A DNA stretch of 56,336 nt. It comes from Candidatus Ozemobacteraceae bacterium. Its GTDB lineage: Bacteria; Muiribacteriota; Ozemobacteria; Ozemobacterales; Ozemobacteraceae. Below, one piece after another: positions 27,941 to 39,500 of the stretch (position 1 is its first letter; every line of letters begins with the position of its first letter). The notes beneath the pieces were generated by a model. It saw only the letters and a list, made by a program, of their open reading frames with translations. It did not search any database and had not been told where the DNA came from. The stretch is from positions 1-56,336 of the forward strand of contig DATCTT010000298.1 in NCBI GenBank assembly GCA_036567845.1. The letters are read 5' to 3'. The position numbers and the translations under genes were made by a program.

Positions 27941-29425
27941 ATGAAGTCGTTCCAGATGCTGCTCTCTCCCCCCCCTCTCGCGTGTTCCGGAAATCTCGAC
28001 GTGCCCGTCACAGGCGTCGCCTTCGATTCCCGCAAGGTCGAACCCGGCTTCCTGTTCGTTGCCATGCCCGGATCGGCGAACGATGGCGCCCAGTTCATCA
28101 CTGATGCCGTCAGACGCGGCGCCACCGCCGTCGTGACCCAGGGCCCCCTCGATGGAATTCCCGTTCCGGCCGCGCGCGTGGCGGACGCCCGCCGCACCCT
28201 CTCCTCGATCGCCCGCGCCTTCCATGACGATCCCTCGAAACGGCTGAATCTGATCGCCATCACAGGCACGAAGGGCAAAACGACGACCACGTATTTCGTC
28301 CAGTCAGTTCTCCGCCAGGAGTTCGGCCAGGCGTTCCGATTCGGAACGGTCGAGTATGACCTCGGTTTCGATGTCAGGCCGGCGAAAAACACGACACCCG
28401 AATCGCTCGATCTGACCGCACTCCTCTCGGAGGCCCATGCCCGGGGCATCCGGGCCGGCGTCATGGAGGTCAGCTCTCACGCCCTGAAAACCAGCCGGGT
28501 CGAGGATCTCACCTTCGCGGCCGCAGGCTTTTCGAATCTGTCGCTCGAACACACCGAGTTTCACCCGAACATGGAGGATTACTACCAGGCGAAACGCCGG
28601 TTGTTCCTCGAGCTTCTGCCGTCCGGTCGGGAGGCGGTGATCGGCATCGATGACGCGTGGGGTCGTCGCCTCGCGGACGAGTGCCAGGCTGCCGGCCGCA
28701 AGGTCCGGACGATCAGCGTTCGCGGAGAGGCCGATATAAAAGCAACTAATATAAAACTAGGCGGAATGTCTTCCGAGTTCGAGATCGCCGCTGAGGGGCG
28801 CACGTATCCCTGTCGGCTGGCTCTGGCAGGGGAGTTCAACGTGTTCAACGCGCTCATGGCCGCCGGTCTCTCCCGCGCTATCGGCGTCTCCTGGGAAACG
28901 ATCATCCGAGGTCTGACAGCTCTCACATCGGTTCCGGGACGGTTTGAAAGCATTCCGAATCATCGCGATCTCACCGTGATCGTCGATTACGCCCATTCCC
29001 CGGCCGCCCTCGAAAACCTGTTGGTCGCCGTGCGGCCCCTGGCGGGAAAGGGGCGCGTCATCTCCGTGTTCGGCTGCGGTGGAAACCGCTCCACCGAAAA
29101 GCGGCCGGTCATGGGGCGGCTCTCGGCGACGCTCGCCGACATTACCGTCGTGACCAGCGACAATCCGCGCAAAGAAAAGCCCGAGGAGATCATCTCACAG
29201 ATCGTCGCCGGCATCGAGGCCGTCCCGGCGGACAAACGGCGTGAAGTTCACGTCGAGGTCGACCGGCGGAAGGCGATCGCCATGGCCATCGAACTGGCGA
29301 AGCCCGGAGATGTGCTTCTGATCGCCGGCAAGGGGCATGAAACCGGCCAGACATTCGCGGACCGGACGCTGCCCTTCGACGACCGTCTGGTCGCCAAGGA
29401 ACTTCTCGAAGGAGCGAAGGCATGA
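27941..29425 (+). CDS. murE: UDP-MurNAc-tripeptide synthetase MurE (mDAP-type)
   Basis: DSRKV, GTKGKTTT, TTPES, MEVSSH, DYAHSP, DNPR specificity motif, GKGHE. Confidence 0.95.
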   Translation: MKSFQMLLSPPPLACSGNLDVPVTGVAFDSRKVEPGFLFVAMPGSANDGAQFITDAVRRGATAVVTQGPLDGIPVPAARVADARRTLSSIARAFHDDPSKRLNLIAITGTKGKTTTTYFVQSVLRQEFGQAFRFGTVEYDLGFDVRPAKNTTPESLDLTALLSEAHARGIRAGVMEVSSHALKTSRVEDLTFAAAGFSNLSLEHTEFHPNMEDYYQAKRRLFLELLPSGREAVIGIDDAWGRRLADECQAAGRKVRTISVRGEADIKATNIKLGGMSSEFEIAAEGRTYPCRLALAGEFNVFNALMAAGLSRAIGVSWETIIRGLTALTSVPGRFESIPNHRDLTVIVDYAHSPAALENLLVAVRPLAGKGRVISVFGCGGNRSTEKRPVMGRLSATLADITVVTSDNPRKEKPEEIISQIVAGIEAVPADKRREVHVEVDRRKAIAMAIELAKPGDVLLIAGKGHETGQTFADRTLPFDDRLVAKELLEGAKA

Positions 29426-30828
29426 GCGGAACCCCTGACTGGAGCTTTTCCGATCTTCTCGCCGCGACGGGGGGGGTTCATACCGGTGGCTCCCCTCGGC
29501 CAATCACGGGTTTTTCGATCGATTCTCGCACGCTTGCCCCCGGCGATGTGTTCGTCGCCTTCAAGGGGGAACGCACCGACGGCCACGCCTACATTGCCCA
29601 GGCGATCGCGAAAGGTGCTGCTGCCATCGTTTCCGCGCGCTGGGTCGAGGGAAGCGAGCCTACCGAGAGCGATCCGGCTTGGATCCGCTGTGATGATCCC
29701 CTGCGCGCTCTCCAGGACGCGGCCCGTTTCCACCGGGCGCGCCACAAGGCACTCTTCATCGGCGTCACGGGCAGCAACGGCAAGACGACGACGAAAGAGA
29801 TGCTGCTGCATCTCTTTTCCGGCATTTCGAAGACCTGGGCAACGACGGGCAACTTCAACAACGACATCGGACTGCCTCTCAGCCTGGTACGCATCCCGCT
29901 CGCAACCGAGACTGCCATCATCGAGATGGGGATGAACCATGCCGGCGAGATCCGGTTCCTGGCGGGCATCGCCCGGCCGCATGCGGCAATCATCACCAAC
30001 ATCGGTCCGGCGCACATCGGCAATCTCGGCAGCCTCGAGAACATCGCCCTGGCCAAGGCCGAAATCCTCGAAGGACTCGCTCCCGACGGACTCGCCGTTT
30101 TGCCGGGGGATGACCCCTGGCTTACCTCCCTCCGGGCGAAAACCCGCGCCCGGGTCGCCAGTTTCGGGTTTGGCCCCGGTTGCGACTGCAACGGCCAGAA
30201 CGTCTCAATGGAAGCCGATGCGATCTCGATGGACGTCTCGTATGGCGGCTCCCGGGCCCACGCCCGCTTGGGTCTGCTGGGCAGGCACAATGCGCTGAAC
30301 GCCCTGGGGGCTCTCTCCCTCTTCGTCAGCCTCGGCCGCCGCCCCCTCGCCGAAGGCGTGGCCCTGCTCGAGCGGTTCAGTCCCGTCGCCGCACGCATGG
30401 AGTCGCATGAAATCGACGGGAAACGCGTGATCCTCGACTGTTACAACGCGAATCCCTCCTCGATGAAGCAGGCCGTTGAATATCTTGCCGTATGCAAAGG
30501 CCGCCGCGTCGCGGTGCTCGGTGACATGCGCGAACTGGGCGACCAGTCCGAAGCCCTTCACCGAGACCTCGGCGCAGCCGTCGCCCGGCTCGGCCTCGAT
30601 CGCCTCGTCGCCGTCGGCGAACAGGCGCAGTATATCGCCCAGGCAGCTCTCCAGGCTGGCATGGCCCCAGTTTCCGTCCATCCCTGCGGGGACGTGGGCG
30701 AAGCGTCGAAGCTGCTCGAAACCCTCCTGCTGCGCGGCGACACAGTGCTTCTGAAAGCCAGCCGCGGCATGCATTTCGAATCGATTGTGAAGGCGCTCTG
30801 GCCATCGTTGCCCTGCGATCTTCACTGA
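29422..30828 (+). CDS. murF: UDP-MurNAc-pentapeptide synthetase MurF
   Basis: IDSR, DGHAY, TGSNGKTTTKEM, NFNNDIGLP, EMGMNH, DCYNANPSSM, LGDMRELG, KASRG. Confidence 0.95.
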   Translation: MSGTPDWSFSDLLAATGGVHTGGSPRPITGFSIDSRTLAPGDVFVAFKGERTDGHAYIAQAIAKGAAAIVSARWVEGSEPTESDPAWIRCDDPLRALQDAARFHRARHKALFIGVTGSNGKTTTKEMLLHLFSGISKTWATTGNFNNDIGLPLSLVRIPLATETAIIEMGMNHAGEIRFLAGIARPHAAIITNIGPAHIGNLGSLENIALAKAEILEGLAPDGLAVLPGDDPWLTSLRAKTRARVASFGFGPGCDCNGQNVSMEADAISMDVSYGGSRAHARLGLLGRHNALNALGALSLFVSLGRRPLAEGVALLERFSPVAARMESHEIDGKRVILDCYNANPSSMKQAVEYLAVCKGRRVAVLGDMRELGDQSEALHRDLGAAVARLGLDRLVAVGEQAQYIAQAALQAGMAPVSVHPCGDVGEASKLLETLLLRGDTVLLKASRGMHFESIVKALWPSLPCDLH

Positions 30829-30880
30829 GTCCTGATCCCTGAAGGGAGATACCTGTACGTTCGCAGCCATTTTCAGCGCC

Positions 30881-31954
30881 ATGACCGTCCGCATCCTGTT
30901 CGCTCTTTTGACCTCGTTCCTCGTGGCGGTTTTCATCGGCCCCCGGGTGATCGACCATCTGAAAAACAGACAGATCGGCCAGACGATCCGCGAAGAAGGG
31001 GTTCAGGAGCACAAAAAGAAAGCCGGCATCCCCACGATGGGCGGCCTGATCATCCTGATCCCGTTCCTGCTCACAACCATCCTCTGGGCCCGCTGGCACC
31101 CGGCCGTCGGCATCGTTCTGTTCACCACGTTCGCGATGGCGATGCTTGGGGCGACAGACGATCTCACCAAGGTCATCAAAGCGCGCAGTCTCGGTCTCAC
31201 TCCGCGCCAGAAGCTCGCTGCGCAGATTCTCACGGGGTTGGTGACGGCATACGCGGTCAAGACTTGGCTGGGAACAGGAATCGAACTCGCGACCCCACTT
31301 TCCGGAGAAACGGCCGGCGTTTTCCTGCCTTCCACATGCATTCAGATTCCCTGGGTGGGCATCGTCGATCTCGGATATCTGTACATTCCGTTCGTGACGT
31401 TCGTCATCGTGGCTTTCAGCAACGCGGTGAATCTGACGGACGGCCTCGACGGCCTGGCCGGAAGCGTGACGCTGACCGTGCTCGTTCCGATGATGGTGAT
31501 CACCTTCGTGACGGGGGTTCCGGCCCTCGCGAAGGGGCTGGGCACGGCATTCATCCCCGGCTCAACGGAGCTGACGATCCTGGCAGCAACGCTTTTCGGC
31601 GGCTGCCTGGGATTTCTCTGGTATAACGCGAATCCAGCCCAGGTGTTCATGGGCGACACCGGATCGATGGCTCTTGGCGGCGCGATTGCCGCGCTCGCGG
31701 TCTGCACCCGGACGGAATTTTTTCTTGCCCTGGTCGGTGGGGTGTATGTCGCCGAGGCGGTGTCGGTTGTTCTCCAGGTTTCGTATTTCAAATACTCGGG
31801 CGGGAAGCGCATCTTCCGGATGAGCCCGATTCATCACCACTTCGAACTGTGCGGCTGGGCCGAACAGAAGGTGGTTGCCCGGTTCACGGCCGTCAGTCTG
31901 CTGCTCTGCCTGGGAGGCATCGCGCTTTTCGCCATGCGCCTTGCCGCAGGATGA
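30881..31954 (+). CDS. mraY: Phospho-MurNAc-pentapeptide transferase MraY
   Basis: KKAGIPTMGG, DD, NAVNLTDGLDGL, PAQVFMGDTGS, FRMSPIHHHFE. Confidence 0.96.
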   Translation: MTVRILFALLTSFLVAVFIGPRVIDHLKNRQIGQTIREEGVQEHKKKAGIPTMGGLIILIPFLLTTILWARWHPAVGIVLFTTFAMAMLGATDDLTKVIKARSLGLTPRQKLAAQILTGLVTAYAVKTWLGTGIELATPLSGETAGVFLPSTCIQIPWVGIVDLGYLYIPFVTFVIVAFSNAVNLTDGLDGLAGSVTLTVLVPMMVITFVTGVPALAKGLGTAFIPGSTELTILAATLFGGCLGFLWYNANPAQVFMGDTGSMALGGAIAALAVCTRTEFFLALVGGVYVAEAVSVVLQVSYFKYSGGKRIFRMSPIHHHFELCGWAEQKVVARFTAVSLLLCLGGIALFAMRLAAG

Positions 31955-31978
31955 TGGCTGCGCCGGCCATTTCCCAGG

Positions 31979-32008
31979 AAAAAAGAAACCCCGGCGAAAA
32001 GGCCGGGG
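31979..32008 (-). terminator. Intrinsic terminator for the DUF4382-like lipoprotein gene
   Basis: CCCCGGC / GCCGGGG stem; on the minus strand followed by TTTCTTTTTT. Confidence 0.7.
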
Positions 32009-32046
32009 AGAAGCAATTGGGATGTTTTATGGACGTTTAGAACGTA

Positions 32047-33462
32047 TCAGCGGTAGAAGATCGAGAGCTGGACGTTCTGCATGCGGATGTCGAGAGCATC
32101 TTCATTGCGGGCGGCGAAGAAGTAGGAGGCACTCGGGTTGTTGCGGACGAAGTCCGTGACATCGACCGTGTAGCGGGTCATCGGATTGGTCGCAGCGAAC
32201 TCGCCCAGGTGGAAGCCCAGGAGGGCATTGTTTCCGACCCACCAGCCACCCAGGTTCTTGATGACCTGCACCTGTTGGGCCGAGCTTATATAGGCCTGCA
32301 TGCGGGCGCCGCCGGTGTAGCGGTATTCGGCATCGAACACCATCTCGGCACGGGTGAACGCGAGGCTGACAAAATCGATCGCCACCGGGGTTTCGAGGGC
32401 CATCTCGGCATACGCGCCATTGGCATCGGCCAAAGGGAAGAATTCCGAGAACCAGCCGGTGTTGGCAACCGAGCTGCGGATGACAGCCGGGTTCATCTCG
32501 GCGGTAACCTCAGCAACCTCGCCCCCCTTCACGATAACGGTCGAATTCCGATCGAGATATTCGGGATGAGTGAGTTTCACTTCGTAGGTCCCGTTCGGCA
32601 CCTTGGTGAAGGAGAATGCACCGTTCGCATCAGAGACGGCTTTGAAAGCAGAACCGGACAGGCTGACTGAGACACCAGGGAGAGGGGTCTTCTTCACGTA
32701 GTCGAAGACAATGCCGGACACATCACCATCAGTGGCAGCAACAACCTTCTGGACAAGCGTCGAGCTGATCTTCACGATGGGCAGAAGCATGTATTCCGTG
32801 GTCTTTTTCTTACCAAAACCTCTCACTTTCAGGGAAAGCTTATTGAAGAAGCGAATCGAAACTTCCGTTGAGTAGCCATCCTTGATTTCAAACGAACCGA
32901 AGAACCGGACGCGGTTGCTCGGAATGACAAGCGGGTAGGAGGTGCCGCCAACGACGACGCGCCCGCTCTTGATGCGGAATTCCATATAATTATAGAGGCC
33001 TGCGGCCAGAGGGGTATCAGCCAGAATGTCAGTGATGACGGAGGGATTGCTCAGGTTGATTTCCTTCGAAGTGATATTGAAGGGAATCGGGCTTCCGACC
33101 TTCGGCTTGACCTTCATGGAATCGAGGGTTATAAAGATACTATCCGCGCTCGTGGCGGAAAGAACCCGCATTTTGAGGCTTCCGGGGCCAACCTTGGATG
33201 AACTTCTGACTTTGTGAGCAACAACAAACGAAGGTTCCGCATACGAGTAGCGGCTCTTCCCGAGCGCCAAGGGACGAGCACGCGCAGCGAGAACCTGAGC
33301 GGAGGCGAGCTGTTCTTCCTGCGCAGTCAGGGCAGCGTTCGCCTGCTCCGAGAGGGAGGAATCGGCGACGGGATTGAATCCACCGCTGCCGAGACAGCCG
33401 GCGACCACCAGCGGCAACACACCGAGTATGACCAGGATGATTGTCTTTTTCAGTGTTGTCAT
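32047..33462 (-). CDS. Lipoprotein with DUF4382-like and carboxypeptidase-regulatory-like (beta-sandwich) domains
   Basis: Lipobox VVAG|C; ITLDSMKV..EINL..G.YNYMEF..LVIPSN..LLPIV; SGIVFD..PLPGVSV..SDANGAFSF.KVPNGTY; GGAGG RBS before 33462. Confidence 0.75.
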   Translation of the reverse strand: MTTLKKTIILVILGVLPLVVAGCLGSGGFNPVADSSLSEQANAALTAQEEQLASAQVLAARARPLALGKSRYSYAEPSFVVAHKVRSSSKVGPGSLKMRVLSATSADSIFITLDSMKVKPKVGSPIPFNITSKEINLSNPSVITDILADTPLAAGLYNYMEFRIKSGRVVVGGTSYPLVIPSNRVRFFGSFEIKDGYSTEVSIRFFNKLSLKVRGFGKKKTTEYMLLPIVKISSTLVQKVVAATDGDVSGIVFDYVKKTPLPGVSVSLSGSAFKAVSDANGAFSFTKVPNGTYEVKLTHPEYLDRNSTVIVKGGEVAEVTAEMNPAVIRSSVANTGWFSEFFPLADANGAYAEMALETPVAIDFVSLAFTRAEMVFDAEYRYTGGARMQAYISSAQQVQVIKNLGGWWVGNNALLGFHLGEFAATNPMTRYTVDVTDFVRNNPSASYFFAARNEDALDIRMQNVQLSIFYR

Positions 33463-33522
33463 ATCATTCCCTCCTGCGGGCGAACTGAGGAAAACAGCGC
33501 TCACCGTGATGAACCGCAAGAT

Positions 33523-36500
33523 ATGTACCACCCGCCGTCATGGGCGTTTTTTCTTTTCGGGCCCCTTCTACCTCTGATTCTATCAGAGAAATCAAAAAAC
33601 CGCACGTTTTCCCCGACAGGGATATTTTCCCTCCTGATTGTCTTATTAGGGATTTTTTCCCCATATCCGGCTCTCGCTAAGGGGCCGGTCCCTTTCACGC
33701 AGCCCATCACGACGATGTACGGCGCCTCTTTCTCCTTTTCCGTACCCTTGGAATCGAGAAGGGTGTACATCGACACGGCCTGTTTCAACACAACGGGCAA
33801 GCTTGCAACGACGACCGGAATACCGCCCTTCACGTCAGCCTTTCCTTTCTGGCCAGAATCTCTGACCCAGGCAAGCTGGGGGACATCACCCAAACACACG
33901 TACACGACGACGAACCTTTCCATCGCCTATCAGGCCGGGCAAATCACCCTCAGCGACAATTCCGACATGGAGGTCGGAGATGTCATTTTCGCTTCCGCTG
34001 AATCGGATTCAAGGCTGCGGGTCTATGCTTTCGGCGCTGAAGCAAACATCAATCTTTCTCCGAAAGCCGGATTCCCGGTTATTGCCACGAGCACACCCAT
34101 CTCAAAGCCGTTTGGCATGGTGACCACCACAGGGGGTGTCCAGCTCTTCTGGGGCAGCGGAACGCCCGGGAAACTTTCGCATTCTCTCATCAAAGGCACC
34201 TCGGTTCTGCCCACTCCCACCCCGGTCCTGGCTTCGATGAACAGCAACTACGGCGTGTCTGCGTGCAGAATCGGACAGCCGTCGGACCGTCTTCTCGGCG
34301 TCGCCGTGGTTCTTGGGACAGCAGCGACCGCAAGCACAGCCCAGCTCCTGGTCCTGAACGAGGCAGATCTCTCGATCGCAGCCACGAAGACCCTTCAAAC
34401 CGGCAATATTAAATCCTCCCACGTCGAGATCACCCAGAACCCCCGCAGTGGCGTGATAACCATCGGTTATATATCTGACAATACAGCTTCGGTTTCGAAT
34501 TTTTTGTACTCCGCCGGAACATTCGTTGCGACGACCACCCCGTCGATCGGAGGCGTCTGGTCCGAATCGACATTGACGGGATTCGGCATTGAAGGATATT
34601 CCAACTTCGAAACCTCGTTCGTCGGGAACGACCGGGACACTCCCCTTCTGCGCGACGCTCTGCTTCGTTCGTCGAGTTCCATGGTCAGCGGCACGTTCGG
34701 AACCCCGGGTATCGTTTCCCTGTTTCCCTATGACCGGTCTGGCGTGCTCAGCGCCTGTCTGGTGGTCCGCAAAAGCGACTACAAAAACTTCGAGCTCTGG
34801 ACACGCCCGTTGAACTACCCGAAATTATGCACCTGGGACCAGAGTTCTTCGGTGCTGTATCTGGAAGGGCCGCCCTTCCCCGGAACAACCGTCACCGTCA
34901 CAGCATCGTTTCCCGAGCCCCTCATCGAGTCCAGCACCGCGTCCGCGGTCAATGCTCTCGGAGGGGCTCAGCCGTTTACAGCGCCGACAACACGCCTGAT
35001 CGCGTCCGCCGGGGCCCAGTTCATTCTCGCGTTCACCGACCCCATGATGACCGCATCGTTCCCCGCCTGGGTTGGCGAAACGGCAGGGAAGCAGATCCGG
35101 ATGTTCGGACCGGGCAGCACCTCCGTGAACATCGGCTATACGACCCACACGTCCCGCTCCGTCGTCTGCTCCCTCGAGGAGACGCTTGCATTTGATACAT
35201 TATATTATATCCAGATTGCTAGCGATGTCCTCAATGCGAGCGGAACCCAGCTTTGGGAGCCAGCCACCTTTTCCATCCGCACCCAGCTTGCCAACTCCGG
35301 CATTCTTGCAAGCGAGGTTCTCGCCATCGAGGCCTTTCGGGATGCCGCACGGACAGATCTGATTCCGGCCGGAAGCGATATTTCCGCGACTTCCACCCTG
35401 TATCTCCGCATCCGCGCCAGAGACCCGGCGTTCAACACAATCGACTTCGCCACCGCCACGTATATCGTCGATGGAACGAACCTCGCCACTCTTTCCTTCG
35501 CCCAGCCCAGCGCTTCGACCGAAACGTTTTACACCCCCGCGACGACAACGGCGCTCGCCTGGGGCGTTCCCCACACCCTCCGATTCCAGACAGCTTCACC
35601 GACCGCCTCGGTGACGTTTGTCGTCACCTTTCCCACGACGTTACCGCTCGCCCCCGCCTCGGGAGCCGCAGCCGTCCCCGTCACCTCGACGATCACGATC
35701 CAGGCGAACGAGCCTCTCGACCCGGCTTCGGTCGTCGCAACAACGGCGCGGCTGCTGATCGGCGGCGTTCCAGTTCCGGCAACCCTGTCCTATGATCCCG
35801 CAACCAGGGTCATCACGATCACCCCGGCTGCCAATCTTCTCAGTGAAACTCTCTACACCGTCGAGGTAGGCAGGATTCGGGACGCTGCGGGAAATCCCCA
35901 GGTCGCGACCCTCAGCTACACCTTCACGAGCGCCGACGTGACGCCGCCAGCCCTTCTGGCGTTGTCGCCCGCATCCGGCTCGACGGGGGTCACGATCGAC
36001 ACACGGATCGCCCTGACGTTCTCCGAACAGCTCGCCACCCCCAGCGTGAACCCGGCAACCGTCCGCCTCCTCCGTCCCGATGGAACCGCAAGCTATGCCG
36101 TCAGCCTCAACGGACGCGTCATCACCATCGATCCCGACGATACGCCAGACGGCTTCCTTCGCACGATCACCACCTACACCGTCGCCCTGGGGGCCGGCGT
36201 ACGCGACATCGCCGGCAACTCCTTCACCTCGGTTCCGGCCACATTCACCGCCACCTTCCAAACCCAGGCCTCCTCCACCCCCCCCCTCGCCGTCGCCACG
36301 TTCGGCCTGTATCGCGACGCGGCCCGGACGGACCCTTTCACCGCGGCCGAGGCCGTATCCGGCACCGCCACCGTTCATCTGAGGCTAACCGGCACCGACG
36401 GCGCAACCCAGACAAGGGATATTGCCGATGTCGTGTTACGTACCACGTGGGGTCCTGCCTTCACCCTGCCCGTGCTTGAAATCGCCTCGGACTCCACCGG

Positions 36501-39500
36501 TATCTATCACTATAGTTATATTCTCGCAAGCATACCTGTCTTCGATTTTGCAGGCACACTTCCGCCCTCCCCCGTCGCCACGATCAGCTTCATCCCGGTG
36601 GGCAATCCAGCCGAGGAAGCGACTCTGACGGTCAGGTTTCCGGTCTTTGTTCCGGCTCAGACAACAGTCCAGACCCTTTCGGGAAGCGCGCTTGCCAGCG
36701 GCGCTTCTGGTGTCAGGCTTGATTCCGGTGTTTCCCTGCGATTCACCCTCCCGCTGGATCCGTCAACCATCGACTCCGGCTCGATCCAGTTGATAGCCTC
36801 ATCTGGTCCGATAGCGGCAACCCGCACCCTGAGCCCCGACGGACAGACGCTCGTGATCACCCCGTCGACCCGGCTCACCGCTTCCTCGACCTATCTCGTC
36901 CGGGCGGTCTATGCCGCGACCGGTCTGCGCGGGCTGGACGGGAACCCCCTGTATCGCCCCTTCGAGTTTGCCTTCACGACTCAGCCGTTCCAGACCCCAC
37001 CGCTCTCGGTCGGCAACGCTGCTCTCTTCTCGAAATCCGGCTACACCCCCGCCGACCGGCTCGTCCCGGAAGGGGACGGCCCCGGGAGCGGCACCCTGTA
37101 TCTCGAGTTTCAGGGAATCGACGGCTCGAATCTAACCGTCGACGCAACCCTTGCCTCCCTTTCGACCGGCGGTATCGCCACCCTGACGGAAACCGGAGCG
37201 GCAACGGGAATCTACCGGGGGAGTTTTTCCGTTTCTGGACTTCCCGACGGGTACCGGCTAATCGCCGCCTCAACCGTCTCACCGGCCGCCAGTGCGACCT
37301 TGGTCATCACGTATCCGAAGTTCGTCTCCGTCACCCCGGCTTCGGGCGCCACCGATATCACGATCGACAACCGGATCTTCATCACGCTTACAGAGCCCCT
37401 CGATGCCGCGAGCGTCACGACGAACACGGTGCGTCTGACTCGGCCGGATGGACAGGCCATGTACACCGTCGGCGTCACCGGCAGCAACATCATCATCGAC
37501 CCGAATGATACGCCCGACGGGTATCTGCGGACGCTCACCAGCTACACCGTCGCCTTGGGCGCCGGGGTGCGTGACCTCTACGGCAACCCCTTCATCTCCA
37601 ACCTCGCAACCTGGACGTCCTCTTTCCAGACCCAGCTTTCTTCCACTCCGCCATCCGCCGTAAACACCCTTACGCTGTACAGGGACGCAGCAAGAACCGA
37701 TGCCTACTCTGCCTTCGAAAGCGTTTTCGGAAAAGCTCCGGTATTTTTGAAGCTGACGGGAACCGACGGTGCAACCCAGACCCGGGACATTGCAAGCGTC
37801 ACCCTCCGGACCTCCTGGGGGCCAGAATTCATCCTCCCCCTGCTTGAGACGGCCTCCAACTCGAGCGGTTTCTATTATTATGATTATACACTTGCAAGTA
37901 TACCTGTTTTCGACGAGGTGCTTACGCTTCCGCCGGCACCCGTAGCCACCATCAGTTTTCTTCCACCGACCGGTCCCGCCGCGGGCGCGACCCTGACGGT
38001 GCTTTTTCCGGCCTGGCTTCCAGCCCAGACGACCGTACAGACACTGGTCAGTGCGGTGCCGGCGAGCGGCGCGACAGGGGTGCGGCTCGACTCAGGCATT
38101 TCGCTGCGATTTTCCTCGGGCCTGGCCGCCACGACGGTCGACGAGATCTCACTCCAGCTGCTCGGCCCCTCGGGAGCCATCCCTGCTTCGCGGGTCACGG
38201 CTCCGGATGGTCAGACCATTCAGATCACCCCTGCCGCGCCGCTGGCGGCGGCATCGACGTATCGGGTGAAAGCCGCATCATCCCTTTCCGGAATGCGCGG
38301 AGTCACGGGCAATCCCTTGTATAGAGGGTTCGAGTTCGCTTTCACGACCCAGAATGCCCAGACTCCCCCCACAGCCGTTTCGGAAACCCTTCTGTTCAGT
38401 CTTCCCGGGTATGATCCCTTCACCCGGCTTGCGACCGAAGCCGATTGTCCGAACACCGGCACGCTGTACGTCGAAATGCGGGGAACCGATGGTTCGCCCC
38501 TGACCGTCGACACCGTGGTCGCATCGATTTCCACCGGAGTGGCCGCCACACTGACGGAAACGGGCGCGGCCACGGGCATCTATCGGGGCAGCTTCGCGGT
38601 TGCCGGGCTGGCGGACGGGTTCCGCCTCATCGTGGCCCCGAGCGTCTCACCGGCCGCCAGTGCCACCCTCGTCGTCACGTATCCCACTCTCACCGTCGGC
38701 CTGCCGGCTTCAGGCGCGACGGGCATCTCTGTTCAGACGACGGTCGCCGCCCAGGCCGACGAACCCCTCGCCCCCGCCACGATCGGGACAGCCACAGTCA
38801 GGCTGCGAACGGGAACAACCCTCGTTCCCTCGTCGGTCTCGTATGCCAGCCCGGAACGCCAGGTTCTCCTGACCCCCACCGCTCCGCTATTGTACAATAC
38901 AAACTACATTATCGACATTTCCGGCTTGCGCGATGAAGCTGGCAACCCGCTCTCCGCGCCTCTGTCCTGGAGTTTCCGAACTCAGGACAGCACGGTCCCC
39001 CCGACCAATCTTCTGACCCTGGATGTCTTCTCGGATTCCGGCTATTCTTTACTTCTCGCCTCCGGCAGCCTGGTCACCCCCGGAAGCCGGCTTTTCATCC
39101 GCATCACGGCTACCGATGCCTCACCCGGCACGATTGATGCGACTGGGGTCCGCTGCTCGTCGAATCTGAACGCCTCCCCTATCACCATATCGCTGGTCGA
39201 ATCCGCCCCGGCCTCGGGAATGTTTCTCGGCTCGGTTCCCGTGTTCCCTGAAGCGGGAGCTCTACTGACCATCGAATCCCTCACCGCCCCCGCCCTCCGT
39301 CGGCAGTTTCGCACCCCCACCCGGCCCTCCATCACCAGCCTGGTCCCCGCCTCCGGCTCATCGGATCTCCCCTTTGACACCCTGTTTTCGATCCGGACGG
39401 ACAAACCCGTCGACGGCCTGACCCTGACGGCCGCCACCGTGCGGCTGTCGGACCTCCGGGGCTACCTCGTGGCCAGCATGGCTCTTCGCTCACCGACGGA

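Noticed and set aside
33214-33522. Track-predicted N-terminal extension of the giant protein
   Set aside because: Overlaps the 5' coding region and RBS of the opposite-strand lipoprotein gene and reads as non-coding-like sequence.
33463-33560. Possible riboswitch between the divergent genes
   Set aside because: I could not match c-di-GMP or other riboswitch consensus elements by eye; an Infernal/Rfam scan would be needed.
35968-38703. Possible mobile element or assembly-collapse explanation for the repeat
   Set aside because: The copies are in frame and diverged at many codons, with no terminal repeats or transposase.
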